A stretch of DNA of 55,819 nt, the filler included, from Platydemus manokwari (taxonomy: Eukaryota): assembly GCA_037951405.1 (NCBI GenBank). It is 5 parts of 5 records of this genome, joined end to end, with 100 filler letters (N's around TTAATTAATTAA, not from the genome) between each part and the next. Parts side by side here need not be neighbours in the genome. Positions count along the whole stretch, not along the records: positions 46,027 to 55,819 come from JBBMOY011203877.1; 4 more parts are not named here. One strand, 5' to 3'. Below the pieces are notes generated by a model. The model was not told the origin of the DNA, ran no database searches, and saw only the letters and a list, made by a program, of their open reading frames with translations. Positions within the stretch are counted from its first letter, which is position 1. Every line of letters starts with the position of its first letter. Positions 53,508-55,819 of the stretch are shown here, piece after piece. The translations under genes and the position numbers were made by a program.

Positions 53508-55819
53508 TCTTATCAGGCTGAAAATAGAAATTACATTTTTGGTTGAAAATTTCTGCACTTCATATAGTGTCTTTTTAATTGTTCCCCAATCAATAATTTC
53601 TTTACGAATCCCCATCCAATATCTGGTAATTTATTTTCGAATCTATTCTAAGTATTGGATACCATTAATTATTGTCTCTGTCAAATATGGGTGCTATTAT
53701 TATAGTTTATCATATGTTTAGACATTTTTAATCGACGAACTAAATAGGGATTAAATATCTAAATTAAAAATAAAACATCCAGATTCAAAAAATATTTAGT
53801 TGAGAAATAAATTGTTTTAATTGTTCCAAAAATATAGAACAATCTATATCAGATAAGCATCATCGGGACAATTATTTGCTCGTCAGTAGCATCCAATACA
53901 ATTAATATAAGAGATTTATTTGATTGAGCCATTCAATTCCATTTTGGCGTTGGCATTGTTTTATATTTGAAGAACACGTGATTCCCAGAATAAGGAATAA
54001 TAATTGTAAATATGTGAAGGCTTATCACATCATTTAATCACGCAGTATGTAAGCGGCTTATTTTATTGACAAAACAAGCTTTGGACACAAAATGAAGTCA
54101 GGGCAGAAAATTATTTTTGAATCACAAAGATTTACACAAATTAATATTTTATAAAATACTGATTTTAAAACTTTCAAAACAAATTTCATTTTGACATTCT
54201 CGCATCTCTCTTTTTTTAAAGTTTTTGATTTTCTATTTGTTCCTAATTAACTCTGTCTCGAATTCTCGAATTATTTGTCGAAATGACTTTTTATTTCCTT
54301 TCTGTACTTTAAATCTTTTTACATCTTCATTCTGTCTCCTCTATATCTTCTTTATATCTTTTCTATATCTGCCTCGTTCGCGCTTATACTTTCATGATAT
54401 AGACCCTCATAGAATCGAATTCAAATACTTGGTTACCGTGTAATTGGCTAACCTTTTTGACAATCCCCGTTTTGTAAACAAACTGAAAAGTCACGACACA
54501 AAATTATATTAAAGCTACAACGATTTAAACAAATTATTTTCTTATAAAAATCTGATTATAAAATCTTTCATAGTAATTCATTTTGAAATCCTCAAAAAGT
54601 CAAAACAGAAAACCAAAAATGATTTGATTTTGTTGCAGTTAAAAACACCAACATGTGCACGATATCTAATGTGCAGAAATGTAAATCTCAAGCTGATATC
54701 AGATTGAATCAATTAATCGTTTATGTGATCGTTGATTATTTTCAAGAATCGATGTTGACAAAAATGCCAAATTGTTGTTTTGGTATTGATCTGACTTGGT
54801 GTAGTCAATGAAAAGTTCCAAACATAATTGTAAGTCCCTAATATGTAATAAAGCACGCATTGAAAAAGAACTGAAAAGACACGACATCGAATTATATTTT
54901 TTTTTAATTCACACTAACACATCTTTCATATTTTACGTAATTCGATCCACAAATATCCTGAGATATTTAACGAATAGGAAATGTGCGAGTTTTCATAATT
55001 GCGGGCATCCAATTGATGAGTATAAAAAGTGATAAAAATTTGGTATTTGGTTTTGTTCCTCTATCGGTATTTGATTTTAATGACTACATCAATAAAACAA
55101 TTATTTGTAAACGAAAATTGATTGAAACACCGCATGGAGTCAAACATTGCCCATCAAAACTGTGATTATTTGTTGAGGCTGTATAAATATTGCATTACCT
55201 GGCATACGCAAGCGGACGATTGGAAAATAAGTAGTAACGTCCAGGAAACATTTCATCGTACTTCATTGGATTGCAGTCACCATCACGAAATCTTTTATTC
55301 AGCAATTATTGTACGGCAACCGTTTTGTGAATTGTTTTAATTTATCATTTTTCTATTTGATTAAATTTTGATTTATATTTATTGATTTATAAATACATAA
55401 CGCTGACAAAATCAATAATCTATGAATAATAATAATAATAGAATCTACATGTTCAATATTTAATACAAATATTTATAGTAAAGACAAAGTGATAGCGAGA
55501 TGTAATCAACTGAATTCAAATGGAAATTGCTGTCGTATAAAATAATAAATTGCTACCGATGAGTAAATAGATAAAGAGGTGAGAATATGAAAGACAACAT
55601 TAGCAGATATACACTCATTGAGCTTATCGTTCAAACATACTTGATACAACTTTAAAGGAACTGATAATTATATTAAGATTGATTCACTGATAGAAATATT
55701 ATTAATCCCATAAGGTTGTACAGCAAAATACCGGTATTCTATTAAAGCTGGACTATGGCATCCATAAATCATTTATTATTGGAATAATTTATAACTGAAG
55801 ATGTATTGTGAAATAAATT

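Noticed and set aside
52483-53546. Pentapeptide-repeat ORFs (GFTIL, LYYIG, ALLYW, KPNIV)
   Set aside because: By-products of a stop-free 15-bp tandem repeat; frames slip at single-base indels.

Overview
AT-rich animal genomic DNA. Short 39-59 bp GT-AG introns, (AAT)n/(CT)n microsatellites and metazoan-type genes suggest a flatworm such as a triclad, but that is an inference. The window is not one contiguous locus: four artificial 100-bp linkers (44N-TTAATTAATTAA-44N) and one 100-N gap join five 9-14 kb pieces. Well-supported genes are a complete 7-exon GTP-dependent PEPCK (minus, 618 aa) and a 5-exon myeloid leukemia factor gene (plus, 247 aa). Less ordinary: (1) a spliced minus-strand gene carrying the JARID2 PRC2/SUZ12-binding motif (TEDFINFLIYRDTPYLDKSLKWFG) that appears to stop at about 270 aa with no JmjN/ARID/JmjC; (2) an intronless 595-aa pseudokinase-like ORF; (3) a head-to-tail array of at least six decayed intronless RING-finger paralogues at 7.9-11.8 kb, mostly missed by the ORF track; (4) a ~650-bp inverted repeat pair around an intronless PPxY membrane-protein ORF; (5) a GC-rich, gastropod-like 18S rRNA fragment at a contig edge. 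Mobile DNA includes a gypsy RT fragment, a degenerate minimal hammerhead ribozyme, a truncated RLE-type non-LTR retrotransposon, long A-skewed decayed ORFs and a 15-bp minisatellite. All translations and alignments were done by eye; no database searches were run.
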